DNA of 64,000 nucleotides from NCBI RefSeq assembly GCF_009834535.1, contig NC_045697.1, positions 98,520,001 to 98,584,000 on the forward strand, read 5' to 3'. This stretch comes from Camelus ferus. Its lineage: Eukaryota. Positions 1 through 14,321 of the stretch are shown in pieces. Numbering within the stretch: position 1 is the stretch's first letter; every line of letters begins with the position of its first letter. The translations under genes and the position numbers were made by a program. The notes beneath the pieces were generated by a model. It saw only the letters and a program-made list of their open reading frames with translations. It was not told the DNA's origin and did not search any database.

Positions 1-3000
1 AATAATCTGGCTGAGGTTTAATAAACCACACTTTGTCCATTTTCAGCAAATTAGAAAGTCAAATGAAGGAAATCAAATATCAAGACGGAGCAAAAAGAAA
101 TTCTCTGCGATAATCTAGAGGGTGCCTCGGGATTATTCCAAGCCTTGGGTGACAATTATGAAAACTGTTCATCACTGCCCAGCACCTTTAGAAATACTCT
201 CTGCTGATGTGAGCTCTCTGGGTGTCTGAACTCTGGATGACCGTGAACTTACTCATTCATTTCTAGCATCTGTGGTTTAGCCTGAGATTAGAAATACAGG
301 AGGAGGACCCTCTTGGCTCTTAGTCCTCAGTTCTGAGCTGCACATGGGGACAAGTGGGTAGAACAGGACCGAAGGCTTGTCGTCACAAGAAATGTGAAAT
401 TAAAGGGACCTGGGTCTTTTTATGGTGCTGGTAAAGCACCCACTATACTTTTCCTAACAGGCTAAACCACAATAGCATTGGAAGAAAATATACAAAGTGT
501 ATCTGCTCTCCACTGGGCCCCCAAGCATGATTTCAGTGTAGAGCTGGTAGATGTTTTATTATTTTGTTATCCTGCCTTAAAGAGATACCTTGTCACGGTT
601 ACTAGTCCTGGTAAAATCGTTAAGACTATTTTATAGATCCTAGTCTTGGGGTGTATTCAACACTTAGAAATCAATTTGTAAGAGAAAGAAAGGGAGGGAG
701 GATGGTGATCTCCTGTCTCTGTGAAATATAGCCAGCTCCACCACAACCTACCTCGTCTGGGCAAAGAACTGCGTCAGAATCGTCCTAAAAACTCTTGAAC
801 TTAAAAGAGACTTAAACAGGAAAATGGGAACAATTTTCTCTCCCTACCTAAGTCCACGTTAGCAGGTCATAGCAATCATTTGAAGATTTACTCCTTGAAA
901 AGGAGAAGAATCAGCCCAATAATTATTAAATTTCTATCCATTGTTCACTATTTGTTACCATGCATGTGCTTGTGTGTACTTGTGTGTCTGTGGAGACAGA
1001 TTTTCCATTCACCATTAATATGGATTCTCCTGAGGAGTGTGACAACCCAACAGTGGTCCTCCATCTGCCTCCTTGTCCCTTTATCCACCCTTTGGTCTTC
1101 CCTCACAGACTTCAAAGAAGAAAGGTCTCTTTTCTCAAAAACCACTGCCTCTCCAGCATCCTCAACCCAGTGTCCTCTGGTCCTTTCCTTCTGTCATCAG
1201 ATATGCTCATGTTCCTCTTCTGCGGAAAATCGTCCAAAGCCTGGGTACCAGGAGACATGGGCTCCAGCCCCTGCCCTTCCACGCACTTGTGGTGCCACCA
1301 ACAAGACTGGTAAGAGCATCGTGTCCCCTCGAGCTATTTTCATGACTCGGCCTTGCTACTGCCTGCAAAGATTGCTTTATTTTAATCCTTTCTTTAGTCA
1401 AACCTTCATTACCTCACCATACATTCTCTCGTTAAACATCTAAAATATAGTTCTCCCACCCACCCACCACACCAATAAAACGACTCTTCAGGATCATCAA
1501 ATCCAACCATTGCCCAAACAAATCATCTATATGGACACCTAATGCTTTAGACTTTTTGGATAAAAAAATACCTGACATGATGGCAGGAAGCCCATTTCTC
1601 TGACTCCCCAAGGCTGACCTCCCACATTGTCTGTTCCTCTCTGGCTCAGCTCTGTCTGGTCCTACCTGTCTGCTCGGGGGCACGTGGCTTTATTCATAAC
1701 TGGGCAGCAGGTATACATGCGAGGGCTTCCGAGAGGAAGAGATGGCACTCTCCAAACCCACTGCCCCCACCACCTCCCTACACAGAGATCTCCTCCACAC
1801 GAAATATGTGACTGAAGAGTCATCTCTTTAGATTAAAGTCTTGTATCTTACAGCATCTTCTGTTTGAAAAGAAAATGCCTTTAAAAAGATTGTACAGTAG
1901 TTCATCACCTATTAATATGAAATTAATTTAGTAAACAATTAACTGTTACCTCAGAAATCAGAAAGTAGCACATAGTATTCTATTGGAAGAAATAGAATAT
2001 AAAATGAGTCCATTTGGAGCAAATGACAATTCTACTGTCTGGACAGACCAAAGTAAATTCATGCCCAAGAAAATAAGTATATTTTAATACCTATAGAAAC
2101 ACTGTTCAAGTAATTAAAACATACAACATCTTCCGTAACTTACAACTGGCAAGGTAATATCCTTCTGACTCCCCAGAATGCTGATTAAAAATGACAAATT
2201 TAATGCCCCCCACCAAGAAAGTAAGGAGGATTCTGGGGAAGTTAATTATCAATATCAGTCTATGAAGGTCCTGAAATAATATTATGGTTTACTGTCAGAA
2301 ATATGAGAGAGAACTTTCCTTTTCTACTAAATGTTGTGGTGTCTTTTTAACTGTCCTCCCTGCCCTCTAACCAGGGAAACTTGGTCACAGGTTTCTGCTG
2401 AGACCACAAGGACCTGATCCTTTTTCCCACAAACAGCTTCCTCTGCACACGTGCTCTGTGGGGAACACTTAATTCTGTGTCACTGCTGTTGGTAAAGTCT
2501 TGGAGCCTCACCCTAATGATTAGCTCACTACCATTTAGACTGTTGTTGGCAATCACCGTGCTTTCTATAAAGCAACTGAGTGTTTATTTATCAGCATTCA
2601 CACCTTAATTTTTGCAGCTGCCCAAGATGCTTCTTTTGTACAGTCCCAGAACCTAGGTCAGTGGATAGGAAAAAAATTGTCACGATACTATATGTGAAAG
2701 GGGCTAAGATTAAATTTCTCTTTCCTCTGCCTGAAAGATGTACTCTGGTACTAGATTAATAAGTTTACACCTCCACCCTGGAGCAAAGTGCCACCTTTAA
2801 TCATCTCCAGAAGTGGAGTGCCAGACCTTCCACTTGTTGGGTTCAGGAACAACCTGAGAAAGATCACCAGGCCGTGTCAAAGGCCAAAAACCCCTTGTCT
2901 CTGAAGACCTTCTGCCCGTGAAGTGTCTTAGGACTCAAAGCAAAGGCATAACCATCTGCTCTTCTACAAACAGAGGGGAGAAAAACTGAAAACCTCTAGC

Positions 3001-3416
3001 GTTTATAATAAGGGAAACTGTGCAAATCATGCCAATATCAGAACCACACAGCACTTGCAAGTAATATCTATGATCTTATACACGAACATCATGAAATGAA
3101 ATTCAAAGACAGCCTAGGAACTGAGTGTATCATGGATCTGACTGTGAGGTGATTCTTAGATTTTTTTGTCTCTTTATGGACCTGACTGACCCTATCTGGT
3201 GGAAGAAAGCAAGCTGTAGTCAGAGGGCAAAAAAGGAGATTCTGTTGCCCTACTATTAGTAAATTCTGCCATGAACAGGGTCTGAAGATAGGAAACATGT
3301 GCCTAAAGGTGACTTATTTAGTTCCTTCCATGAAAAAAGACACCTACTTCTTTACCCATAACAACAGATGCCTTCTTCCAGAAGCCATAGAGCAGGAGTT
3401 CTTAACTGCCCTTTAT

Positions 3417-3640
3417 CAGGAGTTGATAAAATATGGCTCACAGGCCAAGTCTGGCCCACTGCCTGTTTTTGTAAATAAAGTTTTACTGAAACACAACCAT
3501 ACATATTCATTTACATATTGTCTACGGCTGCTTTCTTGCTATAATAGCAGAGTTGAGTATTTGCGACAGAGCCCTTATGGCATGCAAAGCCCAAGATATT
3601 AATGACTTGATCCTTTACAGGAAAAGTCTACTGACTCCTG
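3417..3640. mobile_element. hAT-Charlie MITE, MER58A-like
   Basis: TIR-like ends caggagtt...actcctg; internal ggcccactgcctgtttttgtaaataaagttttactgaaacacaacc resembles MER58A; 8-bp TSD-like ccctttat (3409-3416) / ccctatat (3641-3648). Confidence 0.85.
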
Positions 3641-3669
3641 CCCTATATCCTCTACAGCAAAATATAAAA

Positions 3670-4390
3670 TAATTATCGTAATAGCCAGTGTTTATCAAAC
3701 TTTTCAATGTGCAATGCTGTTACACATGTTCCATGAATTATATTATTAATTTTCCACAACAGCCCTCTGAAGTAAGTATTTTGTTTCTCCTATTTTAAAA
3801 GAGAAGGACCCAAGGCTTACAGAACTAATGAGGTCCCAGGACTAGGAAGTGGTGGAGGCAGGATTCGAGACCTGTCAGTCTGACTCTGGCACCTATTCTC
3901 TCCACTAGTAACCAATATTTCCTCTAATATAATAAGAACAGCTACCATTTACCAAGTGTCTAGTGTACACTAGCTTTTGCACACATTGTCTCTAAAGCTC
4001 ACCACTGCCTGTGTTTGTACTCTCCAAAGATCAGGGAGCAGGAACCCAGACTGGTTAAATGATTTACCTACAATCAGACAGCTAAGAGTAGAAGATCCTG
4101 TGTTCAACCTCAGACGTCACAGCCCTTCACACATATGCCATCTCGTAGCAGAAAGACATTTAAAAGACAATATCATCAGCATTAGAAATAATGGGGCTTT
4201 TTTCTACTTTTCCATTCTGTCTAGAAAGACTGTTTCACACACTCAGGTGCTAGCACTCACTTAATTGTTAATGATCTGCATGGTGCTTGGCACATCATTT
4301 AAACTTTTCAGGTCTCAGTTTCCTCGTTGGCAAAAGGAGGGAGTTGAGGTTGGATGCTCTCTAAGCTCTTCCAGCTCAAATACTCTCTAA
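3670..4390. mobile_element. Cluster of three decayed MIR SINE fragments
   Basis: MIR core-like motifs (ctaggaagtggtggaggcaggattcga; gttaaatgatttacc...cagctaagagtagaag; ctcagtttcctcgttggcaaaagg); boundaries approximate. Confidence 0.6.
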
Positions 4391-5924
4391 ACTTTCCATT
4401 CTGTCCCCTCACAGAGTTCTGTGGCCATTTTTGCTCTGTGTGTATGCGTGTAATTCAGTAATCGCAAACCATCAGAAAGAACCAATCAACTTTCTGATTT
4501 AAAATTCCTCCCATGGGATACTCTCTCATTATGGATCTTAATGGCTTTCCATTCAAGTGAGAGGCTGGACTTCTGTCAACTCCTGAAGCCACTTATCATT
4601 ACAGGATGGCTCATGAAAATAGCTGCTTCCTTGGAACACTAAGAGGGCTCCAGACACTAGTGACTCTTGCTCCTTTTTCATTCATTTTGTTGTGTCTGAT
4701 TTGGGGTATTTTGGTAGATTTATTAAACAGCCAGCGAAATCTAAGTCCTGAGGCCCGGCTGCGTCAAAGGTAGAAATGTACATTGAATATTATGTGAATT
4801 GGTGGAGGTGATTGTTTTCTTTTATGATAATATGTTAAATCAGTACCAACCAGCTGGTAAATTGAAATAGTAAGGCTTCTAGCTGTTCATGAAAGGTAGG
4901 ACTTTTCCAATGAGCTGTTTCATCTGTATCTTACTTCCTAATCCCATTATCTTTCTCTGTAAACTATCAAACTTTAAGGACCACTGCAGTCACTGCATGA
5001 ATGCCTTCATCACGTTAAAATGTTTTCCCAAGCAAAGGCCAAGTTCTAAAAACTGCCCTTCAGAGTTCCTCAAATGGTGGTTCTTCCAGCCTGGATGCCT
5101 TCATTTTGACTGACGGTAAAACTGATATAAGGAAGTACTTCTACTGAGTTTACTTCTTTAAGTGACTTGGTTTGGGGTGAAAAAAAAAAAAAAAAGGCCA
5201 TCTTTCCATTGATCCCTCTAAGCCTTTTTAATTGCAGAATTCTTTTTTATGGTGTCACTGACCCAGCCTTAGCAGAGTTCATTTCAGAAATGTGCTGAAG
5301 TGGGAACCAGTCCTGACAACAGAGGCTGAGAAATGTTTTAAGTATCACAACTCTACATTTTTCTCCTGTCTGTGAGGTTCAGGGATTCATCCTGTCTGAA
5401 TCACGCGTGCCCTTTGTTTATGCATGAATAAGATATTTTAGACACTTGAGGACACAGCATAGATACCAGCCCTTCCTGGAAAAGTAAGACCCAGACCTCA
5501 AATCAGGGTGAGACACAGACTGTCCCCAGTGCCAACTAATTTCCAAACGTGAAAAAAGATACATGGGTTAGCAAGCGTCTCCAGTTCTCCTATTGACCCC
5601 TAACCTTTTGCAAGACAAAAATGTCACATATAATGGATCCTAAAATTAATGGCACATTTTGCTTTTCAGTTGATCAGATCAGCTGAGAATGAGGTCAATC
5701 TCTTACCTCCTGAAGATGAGAGGTTGTCATTGTTTGAATACACTTAACAGCACTGCAGACATTGGGCCTCAGAAAGTATCTGATAACTTAGAAGTTCAGA
5801 ACATGGATCAAAAATAAACCTGCAAAAAGTCATTCAGCCCCATTCCCTAATTTCTGATAGGGCCACACCTAAAGCAGCCTAGTCCTGTGTCACTTAGAAA
5901 AGTCTCTTCTCCTCCAGGCTTGGC

Positions 5925-7195
5925 TCCATTATTTACTAGGTAACCATTTACAAAACACTATTCTAGGCACTGGGTATACTCTGAATACAACTGCCAAGCA
6001 ATAAACAAGTACACAAGAAAAAAACGTATGGTAGTGTTTAGTGCTATTTTGAAGATAAAACAGGGTAATATAATACAGAAAGACTGGACTACTTTAGTTT
6101 ACATTGATCAAGAAAGATTCTCTGAGGAGTTGACTTTTAAGTTGAAACCAGAAAAAAAAAAAAAAAAAAAAAGATGACCCTGTGAGGTCTTGACTAAGGG
6201 AAGAACATTCTGGACACAGGAAACACTTAGTGCAAAGGTCCTAAGGTGGAAGGGAACTTGATGTTTTCAAGACCCAGCAAGAGCAGGACGAGGGAGAGAA
6301 GAGAGGTTGGAGATGAGGTCAGACAGGTGGGCAGAGGCCAGATCTCATGAGGTCCTGAAGACCCCATTGGAGAGCTTCATTTTGGCCTGTGATGGGAAGC
6401 TATTAGTTCTTAATAGTGGGGAATTTGTGACCTAATTGTTTTTTAAAAAGAGTACCGTAGCTACTCAGCCATAAAAAAGAGTGAAATAATGCTATTTGCA
6501 GGAACCATCTAGTATCGACCTAGAGATGATCATACTAAGTGAAGTAAGGCAGACAGAGAAAGACAAATACAATATCACTTATATGTGGAATCTAAAAAAA
6601 TGACACAAATGAACTCATTTACAAAACTGAAACAGACTCACAGACATAGAAAACAAACTTAAAGTTACCAAAGGGGAAAGGGGGCTAGGAGGGATAAATT
6701 AGGAGTTTGGGATTAGCAGATACACACTACTGTATACAAAATAGATAAACAACAAAGTCCTACTGTAGAGCACAAGGAACTGTATTCAATGTATTGTATT
6801 AGACTATAATGGAAAAGAACATATATATATATATATATATGTATAACTGAATCACTTTGCTGTATATCAGAAATTAACACAACATGGTTAATCAACTATA
6901 CTTCAATTTTAAAACAATTAAAAATAAACTAATTTCCAAATCAAAAAGAAGAAGAAAGAGTACCCTGGCTGCTGTGAAGGGAGTGGATTTTGGAACGCAA
7001 AACCGGAACCAGGGAGGTCACTTAGGAGGCAACTGCCATGATCCAGGTGAGAGACGAGGGAGGCTTTTACTGGGTGGTAATTAGTGACGATGGAGAGAAG
7101 CGGGAAGTTTGGAGATGTGTTATACAGATGGAATGGCAGGGTTTGCTGATGTATTTGATATGGGTAATGAGGGAGTCAAGAACACCTCTCCAATT
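5925..7195 (-). mobile_element. L2 LINE relic interrupted by an L1 insertion
   Basis: Antisense L2 3'-region motifs (ctattctaggcactggg, tgcaaaggtcctaaggtgg, gagatgaggtcagacaggtgggcagaggccagat, tggctgctgtg...gatccaggtgagagacg) continue on both sides of the L1 at 6463-6954. Confidence 0.75.
6463..6954 (+). mobile_element. 5'-truncated L1 (ORF2 end plus 3' UTR and A-rich tail)
   Basis: actcagccataaaaaaga...gggataaattaggagtttgggattagcagatac...caactatacttcaat; TSD-like aaagagtaccgtagct (6447-6462) / aaagagtaccctggct (6955-6970), 14/16. Confidence 0.92.
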
Positions 7196-9779
7196 TGGGG
7201 CTAGCTCATACACAGGGAAGCTGCTTGCTACTTTGGCATCTGAGATTGTGATGTTTCAGCCAAATGGCACCAGAAGCATGACCAATTGCCCTGTAAATGT
7301 GAAATGCACCAGAGGAAACTAGTAGATTTTATAAACTATTATCAGAGACATCTTCACTGTTCTGACTCTCTCCTACAGAGCAATTTTGTTTCCTGGAGAG
7401 CCTCTCTGCACATGCCTGTGTAAGGTTCTTATTCTTAACTTACACAGAAAGAGTGCATTTCCTCATTATGTTCCAGTAGCCGGGAGGCACATGAAATAGA
7501 GAGTGGGCCAGGGATTCTGTGCTTTGTTAAAGTGAAGGGACAGTCAGTATCAAGAACATTAGCCATGGCAGTACACAGGATTGCTCAACGGTGTATGAAA
7601 AGAAAAAGCAGTCATCTGAATTGAACTTTCAGCTGGAGCCTAAGAGGCCAAATGTAATCATCCACCTAAAATTATCACACAAGTCAATACTTCCTCCCTT
7701 CTCCTTGCAAAGGGAAAGAGACCGATGCTTTATTTTTCAGTCAAGCAGGTGGCCTTGAGGCAGCTCACCAGCTGGCTGAAATCTAAATACCTTCGCCAAG
7801 ACAAAAGCCAGTAACATGATTGATTATCTTCTCATTGCAGAAGAGAACCTCCCCAGCCAATCAGCATGCAGAACTACTCTCAGATTATCACTGAACAAAA
7901 CTAGACTCAGAGCTGATAAACGCAGGTGCCCAAACCCCAGGCCCCGATTGGCTGGGGCTTCATCTACCAGCTCAGTTCCATTCAATGTATTGATTTCTAA
8001 CAAGGACCAGTTCATTTCTTAGTTGGTAAGCCCTGGCTTTCTTTTTTTCAGACCCTGAATAGTTATCCACACTCCCAGTCAATCATTTCAGTATATCTGC
8101 CCCAAGGTTGGAATTAGTCTGCCCCCAGAGAGAAGGCTCTTCCTCCAAATGTCTTGGAAATATAGACTTCTGAGCGGTTCATGGATTCCTCCCAAACTCC
8201 CTTCTGTGTCTCCTGGGAGTGAAAAAATGCTGTGTGTGCACTTCCCATTTAACTGGAAGCCCATAATGAAGATTCTGTCTGACCATGGTTTCTTGTACTG
8301 CATCCCAAGCATCTTGAGAACAGGAAGTGGGATGGTCCACAGAGGGTTTCAAATCTACCTTCTTTGTACTGGGAACTGGCATCTGGCTCCTGGGTGTCTA
8401 CAATATCTTCTGATCTCAAACCAGGAGGAATAGGAAAATTGAGGTGAACAGAGACTCTATCTTAATAAGCAGTTGAATAAAGTCTTCAAATTCCAACTGC
8501 TCCTTGAGATTCACCAGGGAATTCACCTTCCCCCAAATGGAAATTCTGTTCAAGGGTCCAAATAACTCCTTCTGAAACCTCATAATATAACCATGTCCCT
8601 TATTCCTAAGAAAATCAAAGGGCATCATTTGCTCTTCTTTTTTCTTCTCTGTGATTGCTGGTGTCATGGGTTGTAATGTTTGCTACTAGCTTGGATATTT
8701 GAGCCTAAGAAGAAAGCCCTTGTAGAAAGAAGCTGTCACAGAGGCCAAGTGTCCATTACCCTAAAAATCTCCTTCCACAAGTTCAGGGTGAAAGCCAGTG
8801 TCTTCTCGCCGTGGCACAGAAATCTTTGCTCTCCAAGCTCAAGAAGGTCGTTTTCCTCCTCAAAATTGAATATCAGGCTTGTCAAAAATGTTTCCTTATT
8901 GATCAGAGACAGAATATTGAAGATAGAGAGATATGTGCTGAACTATGTCCCTTGTTTCAGGGAAAAGCTGGAATTCCAATGGTGCCCCCGACTATGAAGA
9001 TTATAAAAGAGGTTACGTGAGGATGGAGGCCGCATGAGTTAGAGGCACTACCCCCAGATTATTAAAGGCAAGAATATGAAAGATCAAGCAACAGGGCTTG
9101 GGGGAGGACAGGGAAGCCAGGTGCTAGCTTGGCTCCTGTCCCACGCACTGCTTTAGTGATGTGATGGAATCACAGGCATCCCATCACTGCTCCAGTGCCA
9201 TGTGCATGCTCTCCTGCTATGCTCTTAGAAGCACAGATGCATCTTGTGAGAAACCTGATAGCAGTGACAGAAGAGAAATGCTGTTTTCCAAGGATTCAGA
9301 GGAGCCTCAGCTCAGTCCCGAGGGTCCCTGCCAAGCAAGCTCCTCCCCGGCTTCTCCTCAGCCCCGCAGCACCATCACATTCAGAGATGCAGGGGGCATT
9401 TGTAATGTGTCCCCTCCCTCCTCAGGGAGATCAGAGTTCAGTGAGGGTCCTATCTACAGGAAAGGAAAAGTAGAGAACAGCCTTTCTGTGGTTCTTTTCC
9501 CCATTAAGGAGATCCCTGATATGCAGTGGCTTTTTTAATTGTAAAGAGAGAAAGAAAAGTGGGAGGGAAGGAAAGGAGAGAGGGAAAGAAAGGGAAAGAG
9601 AGAGATTTTGAAAGGGATTAGAGGACATTTTTTAAATCCAAAAAAGTGACAGTGAGGGTGTTGATACGGCATTGGGCACAGCCCCATGGGCACCTAGCAA
9701 AGGAGTGAGGGTACTGATCACAGGGGTTTGCCCGACAGCACCCGGGAGTGGGGGAGGATTCCCTATCAGAATTGCCAGA

Positions 9780-10065
9780 GCATCTTTCCCGAAGTACCAT
9801 TCTCCTCCTCCCCCAGGGATTATAGGTTGATCTACGGCTAACAATTTGGAAAGACGTCCAAGATGTGTTAAGTGAAAACCACACAATGCAGAAGAGTCCG
9901 TGTAGTAAGATCCTGTTTCAGTAAACAATACAGCCATAATTGCATGTCTTATTTGCCCATATGTGCCTAGAATAATACGGAAGAATACATAGCAAATGGA
10001 CACAGGGATTCTCTCTAAGGGATGGTGTAATGAAGGGCTTTCACTCTTATGTTATCCATAGAGGG
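9780..10065 (+). mobile_element. Old L1M-type 3' UTR fragment
   Basis: ggaaagacgtccaagatgtgttaagtgaaaa...cagaagagtccgtgtagtaagatcctgttt resembles ancient L1ME/MC 3' ends. Confidence 0.5.
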
Positions 10066-10927
10066 TTGATCAGTAGGTTTCTCCTCCTAACTAGATGCAC
10101 CAAAACCCTTTACTGGTAACCAGGCATGAGTCACACACAATAGAACAAGAAAAATGTGGCAAGTAATTGATTTAGGGTGGGAAGATTTTGCCATATGGTA
10201 ACAGAGCAAAGGTTTAAGACTGAGCGAGACTGGGAGGAAAGGACCGACAGGTGGAGAAGATGCTGAGACACTGCTGCAGATGGGAGAGGAGGACAGGAGA
10301 GGCTGTGACCCCACAGGAGGGAATCTGGCAAGCTCTGTGGAGGGCAGGAGGCTGACAGGGCTCTTCTCCTCACTCCACAGTGAGCTCCACCCACGGCCAA
10401 GTGTGGTCTGTCACCCAGGGGTGTCCATCTTGAAGTGACACTGACCTACACCCCCAAGTCTATCCAGTGCTGCCCCACACCCACCTCCCCACCTGCTTTC
10501 TGGGGAAAACTCCCAGGACCTGGTCCAACGACACTAGACATTCGATAGCCACCACCTTGCCCCCTATCAGGCCAGACGTGAGCACTAAAGATTGGACACA
10601 GTGTGAAAGGAAGCCCTGCTCTGGGCCGGGGTGGAATTAGACGGAGCAAGTTTGAACTCACACAGCCAGGACAGGAATGGAAACACACCGCCCCATCCTA
10701 GGAACCTTTCACAGTGTCTTCATTTTATGATACAAGCAGGCACTACTTTTGTGATGGGAAACAGGTTTTGAAAGAAACCAGTATGACTCAGCATTCACTA
10801 TTTATCAAACCTTCTCAATATTGGCTCCTAAGACCTTCCTTCTGTCAACTTCCTGTCAGGCCAGTTAAGCATCTAACTGATGCTCTGAAGACACCCTTGC
10901 CCACTTACAGGTACACAAGTGTGGGTG

Positions 10928-11145
10928 TGCATACACACACCACACACACAATGCCACATACACAAACCACATACCACGCCACATACACACATCACACCAC
11001 AAACACCACACTCATACACACACACCATACACACAACACATACCCACGCCACACACATATACCACACACCACGCCACATACACACACATACACATGCCAC
11101 ATACACCACACCACACACACATCACATACACACACACACACACAC
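10928..11145. repeat. Degenerate CA/CAC-rich simple repeat ending in (CA)n
   Basis: Directly visible; explains the His/Thr- and Cys/Val-rich ORFs here. Confidence 0.95.
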
Positions 11146-12065
11146 CTTGTGCAGCCACTCTCCTCTCCATCTGCATGCCCAGGCTGCAATACCTTTATCC
11201 CTCTACCCCCTCATTCCTTTAGTTATGAAAAGCTGACTGAACTTCTCTTTGGCTTTTGAAAACAACCAAAGCATTGTCTTACAGTCAATTGTTGTGCCAC
11301 TTGAGTGTGTTTGCCAGCACACAACCTGACCTGGGGACGTCTCCCCAGCAGGGAGGCTAGTGCTCACTGCACAGAGCATGGGACCACCCACTGCCTCTGA
11401 CACAGGACTGGAAATTAACTGCTCCCCCACCACAGATTATTACTCACCACCAATCCCAGAATCTAAACATTGTTTCCATAAAGTACACTTTCACACTGGA
11501 AGGGGGTTTTTTTATACTATTTCCTGGTAGTGGTTGTAATAAGACTCTGCTATCAGATTAGCACAGAATGTAGATGCTAATAAGTGATCAGCACAGAAGG
11601 TTATAGCTGACAGAGATCTCCTCACCTTTGGTTTCCATTTACAAGATCTCATTCAGTCCTCAAGGAGTGGGATATTAGGAGACTCTTTCTGACTCCATTT
11701 CAACTATCAAGATGATTGGGACAGATGTCTTCCAGCAGGTTTACAGAGATGATCCCAGAGCCCCATCCCAATAAGGATGAGACAAGGGGCAGAGAGGAGA
11801 GGATTTTGTGAGGGGTTCGGATGAGAATATCTACAAGGCCGTATTTTCGGAGAGAGCCATGCTGCTGTGAGTGCTGGGAGTCCCCAGCAAGGCCCCTGTG
11901 GAAAAGGGTCCCCAGAGCAGAAGGGGACCTCAGGGGACCACGCTGAAAAGCACTCCCTACCGCAATAGCCTTACATCCTGACCAGAGTAAGTAACTGTCA
12001 GAAGCAATAGCGGCAACAATGTGACCTGCCCTGCAGTCCCTTTGCTTCCTGAGTGTGACCGCCAA

Positions 12066-12231
12066 CAGAAAGCAGACAGGGAGAGAGTGGCTACAGAAGG
12101 AGCTGGAGGCCAGTTCTGGTTCCCACATTGCTGGGTCTGCAGCCTCAGCAGAAAGCAGACGGGGAGAGAGTGGCTACAGAAGGAGCTGGAGGCCAGTTCT
12201 GGTTCCCACATTGCTGGGTCTGCAGCCTCAG
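12066..12231. repeat. Tandem duplication of an 83-bp unit (2 copies, 1 mismatch)
   Basis: cagaaagcagac[a/g]gggagagagtggctacagaagg...ctgcagcctcag at 12066-12148 and 12149-12231. Confidence 0.97.
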
Positions 12232-12456
12232 CAGCTGGGGAGGAGGTAGCAGTTTCCAGTCCTGCTGTGGTCACACCCCAGCTTCTGGGGCCCGGCTGTT
12301 GAGAGGCAGATGGTACGTCCCCCAAGTTTGACCTATGGTTCCACATCACCGGATAGGAATGCAGCCCAAGGAGACAGAACTATTCCCCATTTGAAGATCA
12401 GAGACCATGATTTACTGCATCTTGAAGGGAAAGAAAGAGACCTATCTCTTTGTCTG

Positions 12457-12542
12457 GAAAGGAGAGGAGAGAAGGGAGGAGGGAAGGGAGGGGGAAGGAG
12501 AACAGAGAAGAGGGGAGGGAAAGTGAGGGAAGGGGAGGTAGG
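12457..12542. repeat. GA-rich polypurine tract
   Basis: About 85 bp of almost pure G/A. Confidence 0.85.
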
Positions 12543-14302
12543 TTAAGAAGTCTTTTGATGGAAGAGAAACTCAAAGCCTAGAACACATCCATCTGCTTCC
12601 TGGATTAATCTATTTCTGGCAATGAAGTCTGACAAAGAAGTCTGTCTATGGGAGAATAAACACTTCTCTCACCTCATTAAGAGCTCCTGCTTTGTTTATC
12701 TCAGGGTCTAAGTGACCACATGCTTTATTATACACAGACATTCCTTTTACAAATGGCCCCAGGTGTCTGCACAAAATATGAGACGACTATATAGCATTAT
12801 GGAAACCAGGAAAACGCCATCAAAGTCTGGAAAAGAAAAATACTGATGGAGTAAATGCCTCTTACAATACATAGTAATAAAAACAAACAAGCCTGTTCAA
12901 AAAAATTAATAACTGTGCCACATTCAACTTTGAGAATCTTGGTTTGATTTCTCTGAAAGGCAGCAGGATTGTTCCTCATTTTTGTACTGGGGGGGGGGGG
13001 GTGCAGTGATTTTGACCCTACTTTTCCCAATGGTAAGCTTGCAAGACCTCTAGGTAAGTCTCTGCCTCTGAAGGGGTCAGTCTGAAGAAGGCAGATTTCA
13101 GAGTGTGACATCTACAAAATATAGAAATTAACATGTTCCCTCCATACTGGGCCCATAGCCAGACCTTCACGCCCATGGAGCAAGTAGCTTGAGAGCCCAG
13201 ACACTTGCCATACACGATGCCAGGAGCCAGGCAGACAAGAGTGAAAGACACACACAAGGCACCTGTTCTCCTAGTGTAGATCCAAGAAATCAGTTTGGCG
13301 AATCAACTGATAACCTATGACATCTGGAGATTTCAAAGTAATTGCAACGCAACATCAAATTAAGTTTTAGTGTGTGGGGACTTTTTGCTTTTGGTTTTTC
13401 TTTTTATCTAATCTCACATGCTGCACATGATCAACAGTCAACATGGAAAGAGATCAACAATAAGGTACCAAAAAGTGCAGCATAATTGGGAAATTTCAGC
13501 CCATTTTTGTTGCATGGCACTATTAAGAAAAGGACTAATATTAAGAATAAATTGAGATGTTGGTGAACATATTGTGCTATGTTTTCATATAAATTCTGCT
13601 GTTGATTCTCTCATTAGGCTTTTTTTTTAATGATCTATCATCCCTATTACCCAGGTAACTTGGAAAGCTATGAAATGGGAAGAGTCAGGGCAACAAAGAA
13701 ATGAATTTCTGTCCCACCAAGATTTTATTCTTAAACTCACTCAAAAATATTTAAATGGAAGAAATTAGTCTCTGCTTTTCCATTAACTTCTCTTCCCAGA
13801 ATGAAGGAGCTTTTCGGTAAACTCACCTCTCTAACCTGCAGATTCTATATCGGTGGATCAATGAGAAAACATTTTTGACAAGTCAAATATTCATTTTTTT
13901 TTTAGGGGAGAAATAACCCTCTCTCTATCCAGGCTGCCAGGATTGTGGCTTATGTGTTCTCAGTCCCTCAAGCTATCAATCGGCATCTCACTGCAGACAT
14001 TGCCCAGATGTCTTTGGTCAGTGCACATTAAAGGCTCAGTTTGCAGGTTTCCTAGGAAAGAGATTTAACATTAGCACATGTTAGATGTTAAGGAACATCC
14101 TTCTCCATTGAAAGAGAAATTTTATTTCTCAGGGAGAAAAAAAATACAACATGTAGTCACTGGCATGCATTATGAACCTGTTATTGCATGTGGGATTTAT
14201 GATCAAGGTCTCTCTCTTCTACAAGGATTCTTCAGCTAAGGGCGGAATTACAGATTTAGGCGCGCACACGCCAAAAAAAAAAAAAAAAGTTTCGCAGACC
14301 TT

Positions 14303-14321
14303 TAGCCCCATCTAGTGGCCA
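14303..14321 (-). promoter_or_regulatory. CTCF-like motif
   Basis: Reverse complement TGGCCACTAGATGGGGCTA is close to the CTCF core consensus; locally CpG-enriched unique flank. Confidence 0.55.

Noticed and set aside
880..1443. 187-aa ORF
   Set aside because: Non-ATG start, no recognisable homology, low-information composition
10714..11259. 181-aa His/Thr-rich ORF and antisense Cys/Val-rich ORFs
   Set aside because: Translation of a CA-rich simple repeat
12066..12231. CRISPR-like array
   Set aside because: Only two adjacent copies with no spacers, in mammalian DNA; no CRISPR or prokaryotic system is seen anywhere in the window
11957..12349. ORFs with repeated peptides
   Set aside because: By-product of the 83-bp duplication, which is not a multiple of 3
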